Below are positions 1 through 9,378 of a DNA stretch of 64,000 nt, one piece after another. The notes under the pieces were generated by a model. That model had not been told where the DNA came from, did no database searches, and worked only from the letters and a program-made list of their open reading frames with translations. Positions within the stretch are counted from its first letter, which is position 1. Each line of letters begins with the position of its first letter. Position numbers and translations under genes: made by a program. The stretch spans positions 166,111 through 230,110 of IMG/VR virus record IMGVR_UViG_3300029993_000005; one strand, written 5' to 3'.

Positions 1-1
1 T

Positions 2-142
2 AAGAGAGTGGCTATTAGATTTGGACCTAGATTTTATGTGTGGACGGCTGACGCAGATACAGAACAACGAGCGTGCGACAATTCACAAGAATTAGTATTG
101 ATCTTGGACTCGGTGAATCCCACCTCTTTTACCCTTCAGTGA
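2..142 (+). CDS. 3' end of an upstream hypothetical gene (partial)
   Basis: Frame open from the window edge (KRVAIRFG...TLQ) to TGA at 140-142; not in the ORF track. Confidence 0.4.
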   Translation, partial: KRVAIRFGPRFYVWTADADTEQRACDNSQELVLILDSVNPTSFTLQ

Positions 143-173
143 TCACTGACCAGTAACTACTGTTGATAAATTT

Positions 174-1097
174 ATGACCAATATAAAAAGAGAACGTCTG
201 TTTGTAGTGGACGGTAATTGGGCCCTACACAAAGCAGCATCCACACTCCACACAAATCGTCCGATTGAGGATGCGCTCCCCTATCACCTGTTAGGTATCA
301 TAATTAAAGATGCACTGGCATTGCGCGCACCTTACTTGTGTGTTGCATTTGATGGACCCGATGTATTCAGGTACAAGGTCTATCCTGGATACAAGGCGAG
401 CCGCAAATTAGGAAAGGCTAAGCGCAAGGCTGAAACAACCAAAAATAGTTCAGCTAGTGACAGAGCCGTCAACGAACTCTACAGTTATTTGCCATGTATC
501 TATAAATTGTTTGACGAATTAGGCATCGTCTACTATCAACCGCCAACATTCGAAGCTGATGATGTACTGGCGTCTGTAGCTTTTAAATATGGCGGCGTCC
601 ATGAGGTATTGATTGGCACCAAAGACAAAGATGCTAATCAATATTTGATGCCCCATGTACGATTGACCTACACGTACAGGGATAAAGATAAAAATACAAA
701 ACGGGTGTTTATTACGCATGACGATGTTGAAGCTAAATTTGGGTTACGCGCTGACCAAATGGTGGACTATCAAACATTGATTGGGGACAAGGGTGATGAT
801 GTTCCTGCAATCAAAGGCTTTAGTCCAGCTAGGGCAAAGAAAGTGCTGACCGAGTTCGGAACATTGTCCAACTGGTATAAGAAATCTACAGGTGACGAAA
901 AAGCGTTCATCACGTCTCAATTAGAGAATTTGAGACGCAATAGAAAACTCGTTCATCTGGTGACTAATTGTCCACCACCGAACGAATTGAACGAATGGAA
1001 AATCCCGAAGATTAAGCCAACAAATAAATGGTTAAGTCGCACCTATCACGAGTTCCATGCTATGTGCTGGCCTAAGTCTAAGGGACTCTTTGGTTGA
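174..1097 (+). CDS. 5'-3' exonuclease / flap endonuclease (Pol I N-terminal or T4 RNase H-like)
   Basis: VVDGN, VAFDG, YPGYKA, FEADDVLAS, DKDANQ and helix-hairpin-helix LIGDKGDDVPAIKG. Confidence 0.92.
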   Translation: MTNIKRERLFVVDGNWALHKAASTLHTNRPIEDALPYHLLGIIIKDALALRAPYLCVAFDGPDVFRYKVYPGYKASRKLGKAKRKAETTKNSSASDRAVNELYSYLPCIYKLFDELGIVYYQPPTFEADDVLASVAFKYGGVHEVLIGTKDKDANQYLMPHVRLTYTYRDKDKNTKRVFITHDDVEAKFGLRADQMVDYQTLIGDKGDDVPAIKGFSPARAKKVLTEFGTLSNWYKKSTGDEKAFITSQLENLRRNRKLVHLVTNCPPPNELNEWKIPKIKPTNKWLSRTYHEFHAMCWPKSKGLFG

Positions 1098-1976
1098 TTA
1101 CATATTGACACCCGAGCAGCCATCGCTAGCACCGGCACCCGCACGCAAGTTCCCAACCAGCGAACCTCCAACTGTAGTCACCCCGCTGGAGTAGGTGTAA
1201 GTAGATGTTGCTTGTGTGCCGGATGAGATGTTTCCTAAAGCAAATATACCTAATGTCGAATTACCGGCAGCAGCCCCTTCGTTACTTGTTGAACTTAGCG
1301 CTGTTCCCGCACCTACAGTATTGCCTGAGTAGGTGTATTTGTACGTAGTAGTGAGTGAGTCACCTCGCGCAAATATGCCGAACGTAGAATCCCCAACAGC
1401 AGTACCGCTATCAACGAATAAGGTAAGTGCGGTACCTGTCGCCACAGTGTTACCTGAATAGGTGTACACATCGGTAGAGGTGAACGTACCACCCTGAGCA
1501 AACACACCCAAAGTTGCGTTACCCGCTGCACCTCCGTAGTTAGCAGCAAATGTTAGATTTGTGCCAGCCGTCGTCGCGTTAGTACCCCACGTGTACGTAT
1601 TGGTTACATGCCCGGAGCTACCTAAAGAAAACACTCCAACAGTAGAATTTCCTGCAGCGGCACCCCCGTTCACTGTGGCGGTAAGAGATGTTGCTGGACT
1701 GACTATAGAAGCATAGTAGCTGTAGTTATAGCTAACGGTGCTTAAAGCAAATATACCGTTCGTGCTAGTACCTGCCGCCGCACCAGCGGTGCCCCCAGGA
1801 CTTAAGGAACCACCGACAGCAGTTGTAGCTCCTGAGTAGAAATAGACATTGGTAACACTAGGTGCCTCAGTGCCCATTGCAAATACTGCCATGGTTTGTG
1901 GAACACCACGGTCTCCAGGGAGAAGCGAAGCACTAGCACTTGCCAACAAAAGAAGCATTATGTCATTCATGTTCAA
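1098..1976 (-). CDS. Six-repeat, beta-propeller-like protein, probably associated with the tail fibre
   Basis: Six ~43-aa repeats G(I/V)FAxG..TxxYTYS..G..L..GAAAGNST; start overlaps the fibre stop codon. Confidence 0.6.
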   Translation of the reverse strand: MNMNDIMLLLLASASASLLPGDRGVPQTMAVFAMGTEAPSVTNVYFYSGATTAVGGSLSPGGTAGAAAGTSTNGIFALSTVSYNYSYYASIVSPATSLTATVNGGAAAGNSTVGVFSLGSSGHVTNTYTWGTNATTAGTNLTFAANYGGAAGNATLGVFAQGGTFTSTDVYTYSGNTVATGTALTLFVDSGTAVGDSTFGIFARGDSLTTTYKYTYSGNTVGAGTALSSTSNEGAAAGNSTLGIFALGNISSGTQATSTYTYSSGVTTVGGSLVGNLRAGAGASDGCSGVNM

Positions 1977-4645
1977 GCCTCGATGTTCAGACCAATTACA
2001 AATACCATATAGGTCGAACTAGTCGTGTCGTAACGGACGGCCACCAAATCAACACCCGACGCGGTGAAAGTAGGTGCTGTTCCTCCATTTGCGAACTGAG
2101 TACCCGACGGCCAACTGATGGTCGACGAACCCCCGTTAGTTATCCGCAAGCAGATGATCTGTGATAGACCGGCAGCCAGCGTATTAGTGAAGGCAAAAGT
2201 CAAAGCCCCAGTCACAGTCAACGTCCATTCGGTAGCGGATACTAAGTTCAACGTCTGTGTACCCGACACTGAACCTAGAGCAACCACAGTGTAGCTGGAG
2301 GCCACCGTCTCTACACGTCCCGTAAACTGTGGGCTAGCAATTGGCGCACCGCCTACACCAGTCACGTCAGAAAGTTGCAACGTAACGGCACCTGTACGAG
2401 TATTGAAGCTTGTAACAGAAGCTGAACTAAGTTCATTCAGAACAAACGCGCAGGTTGCTAATTGGGTGCTATTGGTTCCATTTGCTGCGGTTGGTGCCTG
2501 TGGAATTCCCGTGAATGTTGGGCTAATTAAGTTAGCAGGCGTATAAGTCAGTGCACCAGTTACGTCCGTAAAACTTAGGTTCACCGCACCTGTTCTGGAA
2601 TTAAAACTAGTTACACCAGCACCACTAACCGCAGCAGTAACAAAAGCCGTCGTTGCTACCTGAGTTGTGTTGGTACCCGACGTAGCTGTTGGCGCTGTTG
2701 GAACTCCGGTTAACGCCGGACTAGCTAGAAGTGCACCGCCAGCGCCTGTGATATCTGAAGCTTCAAAAGTAATGGCCCCGGTTCTTGAGTTAAAACTTGT
2801 TACTCCAGCTGATGCAGCAATAGCGGAAGTAACAAAAGCTGTGGTCGCCAACTGAGTATTGTTGGTGCCCACCGTTGCCGTTGGTGCCGTAGGCGTACCT
2901 GTGAACGCTGGACTAGCAATGTTGGCCGGAGTGTACGTTAGAGCCGTCGTTATATCTGAATTGGTTAGAGTTACTGCCCCTGTTCTCCCATTAAATGAAG
3001 TGACACCGGAACCGGCAATAGCAGAAGCAACAAAAGCAGTGGTTGCTAATTGATTCGTTGACGTGCCAGGCGTAGCCGTTGGAGCCGAAGGAACACCTGT
3101 AAATGTAGGGCTGGCTAGCAGTGCTCCACCTACACCAGAAATATCCGAGGCTAAAAAGGTGATAGCCCCTGTTCTTGAATTAAAAGAAGTAACAACACCT
3201 GAGGCTAATGTGGCCTCGACAAAAGCGGTTGTTGCTATTTGTGTGGTCGAGGTACCCAGGCTTGCTGTCGGAGCTGTCGGTACACCAGTCAACGAAGGAT
3301 TAGCCAACGGAGCATAACTGTTGGAAATAAATGCCGTCGTTGCTAGTTGCGTAGTGGACGTACCTGGACTAGCAGTTGGTGCCGTAGGAATCCCTGTAAA
3401 TGCAGGACTAGCCAACAAGGCTCCACCAACACCCGTTAAATCGGAAACCAAGAAAGTCACTGCACCCGTTCTGGAATTGAAAGATGTGACTGTATTTAAT
3501 CCCAATTCAGCTAGGACAAAGGCTGTGGTTGCGATCTGGGTATTGTTGGTGCCTAGACTTGCTGTAGGGGCCGCAGGAACGCCTGTAAATGTAGGGCTGG
3601 CTAACGGTGCGGGATTAAAACCCAAGGCCGTTGTGACGTCTCCTGACGCTAATACTATGGCCCCCGTTCTTGAATTAAAAGAAGTCACTGGCGAACTGGA
3701 AGCCGCTACATTCAACAGACCGCCAGAAGTAATGGTCAAGGTGTCACCAATCTGGACAACACCTAATTGCGTGGTTGTCGCTATTTGGGGACTAGGTGCC
3801 ACACTAGTTGCGGTTCTTTCAAAGACCGAGAACAGGTCTCCAACAATTGGAGGACTCATTAAAGGGTTGACGAAACCCAGAGTCACGAAATTTCCACTGA
3901 TCACCGTTGTCTGAACATAGCGACAAATACTGTACAAGTTCCCGGTCACAAATTCCAGAATGACCTGACCTAGATACGAAGGGGTCATTGCTTCAACGTA
4001 GTCGGACAGGGCAATAGTCACCGACTGTGTGTCGAACGAAGTGATGGTCGCCGTTGCTTGGTTAGCAAAATTGTAGGCATCGAAATTCCACAGGCCCGTC
4101 TGATTTGTGTAGGCTAGAAATGACGATTGATAATTCGTTATTCCGCTGATCACATAAGCATTAGGAGTTGCCTGGTTGCTCGGCGGTAAATAGTCAGGAC
4201 TACCTAGAACAGCCATGCGGAACGCGTTATCGGACTCAGCGAATTGCAACCACATCGCGTAGTTTTGTCCCACCATCGATAGATAGCAGTCGATCCGGAT
4301 AGAATTACCTGGCGGTGTAATTGCAGCTGCTAATTTGACTACCAATTCGTTACCAGCACCCAAAGCGAATAGTGTGCCGTCCTCAGTGAACAGTCCTACT
4401 TCACCGAAAGAGAAAGGTCCGAGTTCAGCATTCAGGAACAAAGAATAAACAACTATGTTGGCTGTGACCGGTGTTGGCAAACTCGGTGTCATTGAGAATA
4501 CCAAGGATCCATGAATGTTGGTATCTGTTGCTTCAGGCACGTAATTAAAGGCAGATCCTAATTCGGCAGTAGTAATAGTGATAGGACCTGTATCCGCGTT
4601 TAGAAGAGCGGCACCCGCGTCCGTCAGTTGAAATAGAAAGCTCAT
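1973..4645 (-). CDS. Long tail fibre (890 aa)
   Basis: N-terminal baseplate-attachment-type region (ELGS, FGEVGLF..DGTLFALG); seven VTSFNxRTGA and seven APTA..TQ(L/I/V)AT.AF repeats; C-terminal ITNGGS..WP..AP..T.SG.D tip module. Confidence 0.88.
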   Translation of the reverse strand: MSFLFQLTDAGAALLNADTGPITITTAELGSAFNYVPEATDTNIHGSLVFSMTPSLPTPVTANIVVYSLFLNAELGPFSFGEVGLFTEDGTLFALGAGNELVVKLAAAITPPGNSIRIDCYLSMVGQNYAMWLQFAESDNAFRMAVLGSPDYLPPSNQATPNAYVISGITNYQSSFLAYTNQTGLWNFDAYNFANQATATITSFDTQSVTIALSDYVEAMTPSYLGQVILEFVTGNLYSICRYVQTTVISGNFVTLGFVNPLMSPPIVGDLFSVFERTATSVAPSPQIATTTQLGVVQIGDTLTITSGGLLNVAASSSPVTSFNSRTGAIVLASGDVTTALGFNPAPLASPTFTGVPAAPTASLGTNNTQIATTAFVLAELGLNTVTSFNSRTGAVTFLVSDLTGVGGALLASPAFTGIPTAPTASPGTSTTQLATTAFISNSYAPLANPSLTGVPTAPTASLGTSTTQIATTAFVEATLASGVVTSFNSRTGAITFLASDISGVGGALLASPTFTGVPSAPTATPGTSTNQLATTAFVASAIAGSGVTSFNGRTGAVTLTNSDITTALTYTPANIASPAFTGTPTAPTATVGTNNTQLATTAFVTSAIAASAGVTSFNSRTGAITFEASDITGAGGALLASPALTGVPTAPTATSGTNTTQVATTAFVTAAVSGAGVTSFNSRTGAVNLSFTDVTGALTYTPANLISPTFTGIPQAPTAANGTNSTQLATCAFVLNELSSASVTSFNTRTGAVTLQLSDVTGVGGAPIASPQFTGRVETVASSYTVVALGSVSGTQTLNLVSATEWTLTVTGALTFAFTNTLAAGLSQIICLRITNGGSSTISWPSGTQFANGGTAPTFTASGVDLVAVRYDTTSSTYMVFVIGLNIEA

Positions 4646-4666
4646 TGCCTATCCTTTTAATTTATT

Positions 4667-6541
4667 TTAATAGCCGATGACAATCCAGGTGCAGTCTACA
4701 ACGGCGTGTGGCTCTATGGCCCCAGTAGTGCAGCTATATGGCGCTGTATAGACACCGATCTGCACAAGCGGATTACCGGATGTATATGCTGATACCGAAC
4801 AGGAGAAACCAGATACTCCAACGTCGGAGGCGACCCCACCCAAGTAAGCTGTTGTGAACGCTATAGGAAGCGTCTGCACCACGACGTTCACACCAGCCGC
4901 TATAGTTGTCACACCCCACTGAATGATGAATGATTTACTGGAACCGCCTATCGGTATCTCGAAATACCCAGGATTACCAAACGAGCCGGTGAAGTCAGCC
5001 AAGGGCGCAAAGTTGCCGGAGATGGCAGCCAATGCAGCTGCGACAAAAGCAGTACTAGCAAGTTGAGTTGAATTTGTACCTGGATTTGCTGTTGGTGCTG
5101 ACGGAACGCCCGTGAACGTAGGGCTGGCCAGTAGTGCTCCACCAGCACCCGTAATATCAGAACCAGTCAATGTCACAGCACCTGTGCGTGAATTAAAACT
5201 AGTCACAGCTCCACTAACACTCAAAACACCAGCGCCAGTCACAGCTAGTCCTGAACCAACAGAAACAATTCCGGGGACACTAGTTGTAGCAATCGGAGGT
5301 AGCGGAACGACAACATTCCCTGAACCATCAGCGGCCACGCTGTTGACTTTTAATACAGGGCTAAAGCCAATATCTAATGTTCCGTCACCGGCAACCGTAA
5401 TATGTCCATTCGATGAGGCCTTGACTCCACCCAACACAGACGTTGTGGCTATGGGCAAAACATAAGTTCCGGGCGCACCAATCAAACTAGAATATAGACC
5501 CGTGGTTGCTACCGTAGCTAGACCCGGAATATCCGAGGCTACAAGTGCAACATTACCAACCTGACCGTTGACGGATATAACGGGGCACGAACTAGGGTTA
5601 ATGTTTAACAGGCCCTGGCTAGTGACAATCAATGAAGTTCCGATCTGTACGGCCCCCAAGGAACTCGTGGTCGCAATCGGTAAATTAGGAATTGTGGTGG
5701 ATAGTTGTTGACGTCCAAATACTGTAATTTGGTCACCCACTATTGGATAAATCATGAGTGGATTCACGAAACCCAGAGTCACGAAGTTTCCACTAATAAC
5801 AGCCGACGAAACATAACGACAAATACTATAGAGCGCACCTGTCACGAATTCAAGAATGACCTCACCTAAATATTCCGGATTCATGCCCGATACATAGGAG
5901 GCCAAAGGAATTGTTACACTAAAAGCATCGAAAGAAGTGATAGCTGCTGATGCTTGATTAGCGTAGGCATAGGCATCGAAATTCCACAGTCCAGTTTGAT
6001 TTGTGTATGCTAGAAACGAGGACTGTGAACTGGTGACACCACTAATTATGTACGCATTGGGAGTAGCTTTATTGGACGGTGGCAAATAATCAGGACTACC
6101 AAGAACCGCCATCTGAAATTGATTATTTGACTCTCCTAGCTGTAGCCACATTTCGTAGTTCTGACCCACCATCGATAGATAACAATCAATGCGAATTGAA
6201 TTCCCAGGAAATCCTACGGACTGTGCTAATTTATAAATTAGAAGATTGGAAGCACCTAGTGCAAATAAGGTTCCATCACCAGTAAAGAATCCAACCTCAC
6301 CAAAGTCAAATGGACCAACCTCGTAGTCCAAGTAAATAGAATAGCGAACAACGTTTGCTGTTGCAGCTACGGGCAAGCTAGGGGTAGTCTCGAAAATTAG
6401 TGATCCATGAATGTTGGTATCCGAGGGCTGCGGAATGTAGTTAAAGGCCGATCCCAGTTCACAATTGGTAAGTACAATAGGTCCAGTATTAGCATTTAGA
6501 AGCGCGGCACCTGCCGTTGTAAGCTGAAGAACAAAACTCAT
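4667..6541 (-). CDS. Second tail fibre (624 aa), paralogue of 1973-4645
   Basis: First ~275 aa closely match the neighbouring fibre; one VTSFNSRTGA/APTA repeat; different C-terminus (GYFEIP..IIQWG..LPIAF). Confidence 0.88.
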   Translation of the reverse strand: MSFVLQLTTAGAALLNANTGPIVLTNCELGSAFNYIPQPSDTNIHGSLIFETTPSLPVAATANVVRYSIYLDYEVGPFDFGEVGFFTGDGTLFALGASNLLIYKLAQSVGFPGNSIRIDCYLSMVGQNYEMWLQLGESNNQFQMAVLGSPDYLPPSNKATPNAYIISGVTSSQSSFLAYTNQTGLWNFDAYAYANQASAAITSFDAFSVTIPLASYVSGMNPEYLGEVILEFVTGALYSICRYVSSAVISGNFVTLGFVNPLMIYPIVGDQITVFGRQQLSTTIPNLPIATTSSLGAVQIGTSLIVTSQGLLNINPSSCPVISVNGQVGNVALVASDIPGLATVATTGLYSSLIGAPGTYVLPIATTSVLGGVKASSNGHITVAGDGTLDIGFSPVLKVNSVAADGSGNVVVPLPPIATTSVPGIVSVGSGLAVTGAGVLSVSGAVTSFNSRTGAVTLTGSDITGAGGALLASPTFTGVPSAPTANPGTNSTQLASTAFVAAALAAISGNFAPLADFTGSFGNPGYFEIPIGGSSKSFIIQWGVTTIAAGVNVVVQTLPIAFTTAYLGGVASDVGVSGFSCSVSAYTSGNPLVQIGVYTAPYSCTTGAIEPHAVVDCTWIVIGY

Positions 6542-6612
6542 GATTTGGCCTCGGGTTGAAATTTAATATTGCTTATATCCGTAAAATTGCGCATTTTCCT
6601 CAAAGGCTTTTA

Positions 6613-7512
6613 ATGACCCGTATACGCCCCCTATCATCACATTCAATTGGTTCTGACTTCGTTCAGGTCTACCGAGAGGCTATGGCTGAACAACTAGTAA
6701 CCGACAAAAATACACCGCACAGGGTCTTGAACTTGCGTCCCTCACAAATGCCGTTCTGTCCTCTAAATTTCTTTATTCAGCATGCAGTTCGCGGCCTCTA
6801 TAGAGACCTGGACATGAAGGGCACTTTCTATACGTCTGTAGGGACCACTGTTCATGAAGTACTTCAGAATTTTCTGTGCAGAAGCGGAAGACTACTAGCC
6901 GACTACTATTGTCGTGAATGTGATACCTGGCACCGCTTTTCATACGTCCATGAATGCTGTGAGTTTCCAACCGCGTACCATGAAGTCTCAATAAAGTGGG
7001 GAGGTGTGCAGGGGCACATCGATGCTGTCTACCAAGATAGAAAAGGGAAACTTTGGGTATTAGATTTCAAAACAACATCAATTGACGGAGCTGAGGCCAA
7101 GAAAAAAGATCCAGGGGTAGCCTACAGAGAGCAGATCGAGACTTACGCTGTATTGTTCGAACTTCAGTACGGCTTGCAAATCGAAGGAATCATGGATGCC
7201 TTTATTATTCGTGACAATCCAGAAAAAGATCCCGTGATATGGGCACGTCCACTAACCGATGCACTAAGGTCCAAGGTAAAGACCCGGCTGAACAAATACA
7301 AACGTATGCACAGAGATGCGCTGGATGCAGAGACTGGCCCAGAAGTAGTAGCTTTGTTGAATTATGGACGTTGTGTTGATCCTTATTGCAAGGTCTGCAA
7401 GCTTAGCGATGCATCGTTGAGGACTCGTCTTAAGCACGCGTATCGAATGGGTAAAGCCAATGGCAACGTGCCGATCCGGGCAATGGCTAACCGTGCATTG
7501 TCTAGTAAATAA
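6613..7512 (+). CDS. Cas4-like PD-(D/E)xK exonuclease
   Basis: PSQMPFCP, GTTVHE, GHIDAV, LDFKT, QIETYA and C-terminal C..YC..C (1+3 Cys pattern); ATG 6613 preferred over TTG 6556. Confidence 0.8.
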   Translation: MTRIRPLSSHSIGSDFVQVYREAMAEQLVTDKNTPHRVLNLRPSQMPFCPLNFFIQHAVRGLYRDLDMKGTFYTSVGTTVHEVLQNFLCRSGRLLADYYCRECDTWHRFSYVHECCEFPTAYHEVSIKWGGVQGHIDAVYQDRKGKLWVLDFKTTSIDGAEAKKKDPGVAYREQIETYAVLFELQYGLQIEGIMDAFIIRDNPEKDPVIWARPLTDALRSKVKTRLNKYKRMHRDALDAETGPEVVALLNYGRCVDPYCKVCKLSDASLRTRLKHAYRMGKANGNVPIRAMANRALSSK

Positions 7513-7564
7513 AGAGTGAGTTAATGATTGACACGTACACGTAAGATAGACTACGGAGAATGTC

Positions 7565-7753
7565 TTGGAACTACGCGAATTCATATTGCAGGAAAAGGAA
7601 TTGCTAGACGGCTTTGCTTGGACCTACGCACAGCACATAAAGAAAGGAAAGGCCTTGACCAATATAAGGCCTGCAGAAGAATGGACCATATTATTAACCG
7701 AATATTTGGAGACCCGAAAAGATGGCAATCAAAGACAAAGTGAAGCTGCCTGA
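7565..7753 (+). CDS. Hypothetical protein
   Basis: GGAG RBS 6 nt before TTG; lies in the tightly packed + strand operon. Confidence 0.5.
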   Translation: MELREFILQEKELLDGFAWTYAQHIKKGKALTNIRPAEEWTILLTEYLETRKDGNQRQSEAA

Positions 7754-7970
7754 ACGTCAGCCTGAAAGCCTCACTGTAACAGTTTCAAGAACAGCTCAGA
7801 TTCGGCAATTCGAACCTGTTCATGTGTCAGTGACTCAGGTCTATACCGTGGGCGACAGCATAAGTATTAGTTCATTGCGACGGACGGCCCTAGAGGCTAT
7901 CGGCTCAGCAGTTGAGCAGGCAATTGACAAGGAGATTGACCGATACTCAACGCACGTAAGAGACGATTAA
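7722..7970 (+). CDS. Hypothetical protein
   Basis: ORF with RBS; abuts the next gene. Confidence 0.65.
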   Translation: MAIKDKVKLPERQPESLTVTVSRTAQIRQFEPVHVSVTQVYTVGDSISISSLRRTALEAIGSAVEQAIDKEIDRYSTHVRDD

Positions 7971-7971
7971 C

Positions 7972-8211
7972 ATGGGTCGCTACGATACGGTGTACTTTAA
8001 TTGCCCCGCGTGCTCGGACCTCAATTCTGAGCAAACGAAAGTCGGAGCCTGCAAATTCGACGGTTATCCAATAACTGAAGTTCCAGCTGAAATTGCTAAA
8101 TCCATTCTCAATGATTGGACCACCTGTTACTGCCAACACTGTGGAACCCACATCGTGTTCGGTCACATAGACAATCAAATAATCCCATTAGTTTGTAGAG
8201 AGCACGCATGA
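7972..8211 (+). CDS. Small Zn-ribbon-like hypothetical protein
   Basis: CPAC and CQHC pairs; ATGA overlap with the next gene. Confidence 0.7.
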   Translation: MGRYDTVYFNCPACSDLNSEQTKVGACKFDGYPITEVPAEIAKSILNDWTTCYCQHCGTHIVFGHIDNQIIPLVCREHA

Positions 8212-9362
8212 CCACAAAAAAAGTAGAAGACGTAGACTCCACAGATAATTCTAATAGACTGGCCCTCAAGTACAGGCCTCGCACGTTCGCACGAGTCCTA
8301 GGCCATGAGACGGTCGTGACCCGTCTTAGGGGCATGGTTGCCAAAGGCACACTGCCCTCTGTTATTGCATTCTTTGGGCCACCGTCAGCAGGCAAGACAA
8401 CGCTAGCCCGTGTTCTAGCCGCAGAATTCAATGGACGACCAGTCGAACAACAACCGTCGTTCAAAGAGTTAAATGCGGCAACTCAGCGTGGAATTGATGA
8501 TGTACGTGATCTAGAAAAACTCTCCAAGTTTAGACCCATGGACTGCAAGCAACGATTCATCGTTATCGATGAGGCCCAGCAGTTCATGAGCAATGCTGTG
8601 GCAGCGCAGGGATTGCTCAAGCCTATGGAGGAACCGGGGAAAAGCACAACTTGGATTATTTGTTCCATGGAGCCTGATAAGTTTCAGGGTTCTAAAGTCG
8701 GGCGTGCAATCCTTAGTAGAGCTACACAATTTGTGCTTAATCCACCTACAGCCTCGGACATGCTGAAACAGGCATTACGCATAGCCAAGGGTGAGTCCAT
8801 GGACTATGTATTGACTGAAGACCGATCTATTCTGAAGGCTATCGTAAAGGCTAGCAATCAAGAACTGCGAGTAGTCGCCAACTTAATGGCCGACCTTCAG
8901 AATTACTACGATGGACTGGGGGTCAAGCCTAAGTTTCTTTCAGCCGAGAATGTCTCTGACGTCTTGGCCTCAACCGAAAGCTCAGATGACGAAGTAGCGT
9001 TGAAGTTCATGGTTGCTTTGTATTCTCTAAACTATAAGAAACTACAGCGAGCACTTTTAGACGTTACAGATGGTTTTGGTTTCATAAAAAAGATTTGTTG
9101 GTTATCCTCATTTATTCTAAATACTGAAGTCCTGGACGGTGTACGACATTCGAAAGTTTGGTCCTCACCCTTAAATAAGAAACTGCATGTTCAAGTAAAG
9201 GCCATGAACACGAGTTTTGATTTGATAGCCCAAGTGAATGCAAAGCTGATCCAGGTCCAGGGTCTGTCCATGCAATTCCAGGTCCAGGCCACCGAGCTTT
9301 TATCCTCCGAATTGTATGGGTTTATTAAGAGTGTTTGCTATCGTGATCGTGAAGTTAAATAA
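8208..9362 (+). CDS. dnaX: DNA polymerase III gamma/tau-like clamp loader ATPase
   Basis: LALKYRPRTF, GPPSAGKTTLAR, ELNAA..RGIDDVR, IDEAQ, LLKPMEEP, ILSRA. Confidence 0.9.
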   Translation: MTTKKVEDVDSTDNSNRLALKYRPRTFARVLGHETVVTRLRGMVAKGTLPSVIAFFGPPSAGKTTLARVLAAEFNGRPVEQQPSFKELNAATQRGIDDVRDLEKLSKFRPMDCKQRFIVIDEAQQFMSNAVAAQGLLKPMEEPGKSTTWIICSMEPDKFQGSKVGRAILSRATQFVLNPPTASDMLKQALRIAKGESMDYVLTEDRSILKAIVKASNQELRVVANLMADLQNYYDGLGVKPKFLSAENVSDVLASTESSDDEVALKFMVALYSLNYKKLQRALLDVTDGFGFIKKICWLSSFILNTEVLDGVRHSKVWSSPLNKKLHVQVKAMNTSFDLIAQVNAKLIQVQGLSMQFQVQATELLSSELYGFIKSVCYRDREVK

Positions 9363-9378
9363 CAGCAATAGGTAACAT

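Noticed and set aside
2667-5465. + strand ORFs inside the fibre genes (2667, 2859, 3063, 3321, 5112), and similar shadow ORFs in the scaffold, sheath and SNF2 genes
   Set aside because: They are antisense shadows of repetitive Ala/Thr/Gly codons, with no RBS or independent signal.
1098-6541. Diversity-generating retroelement or invertible fibre cassette
   Set aside because: No reverse transcriptase, no adenine-specific TR/VR pair, no invertase, and both fibres face the same way.
6613-7512. CRISPR-Cas system suggested by the Cas4-like gene
   Set aside because: No repeat-spacer array and no other cas gene in the window.
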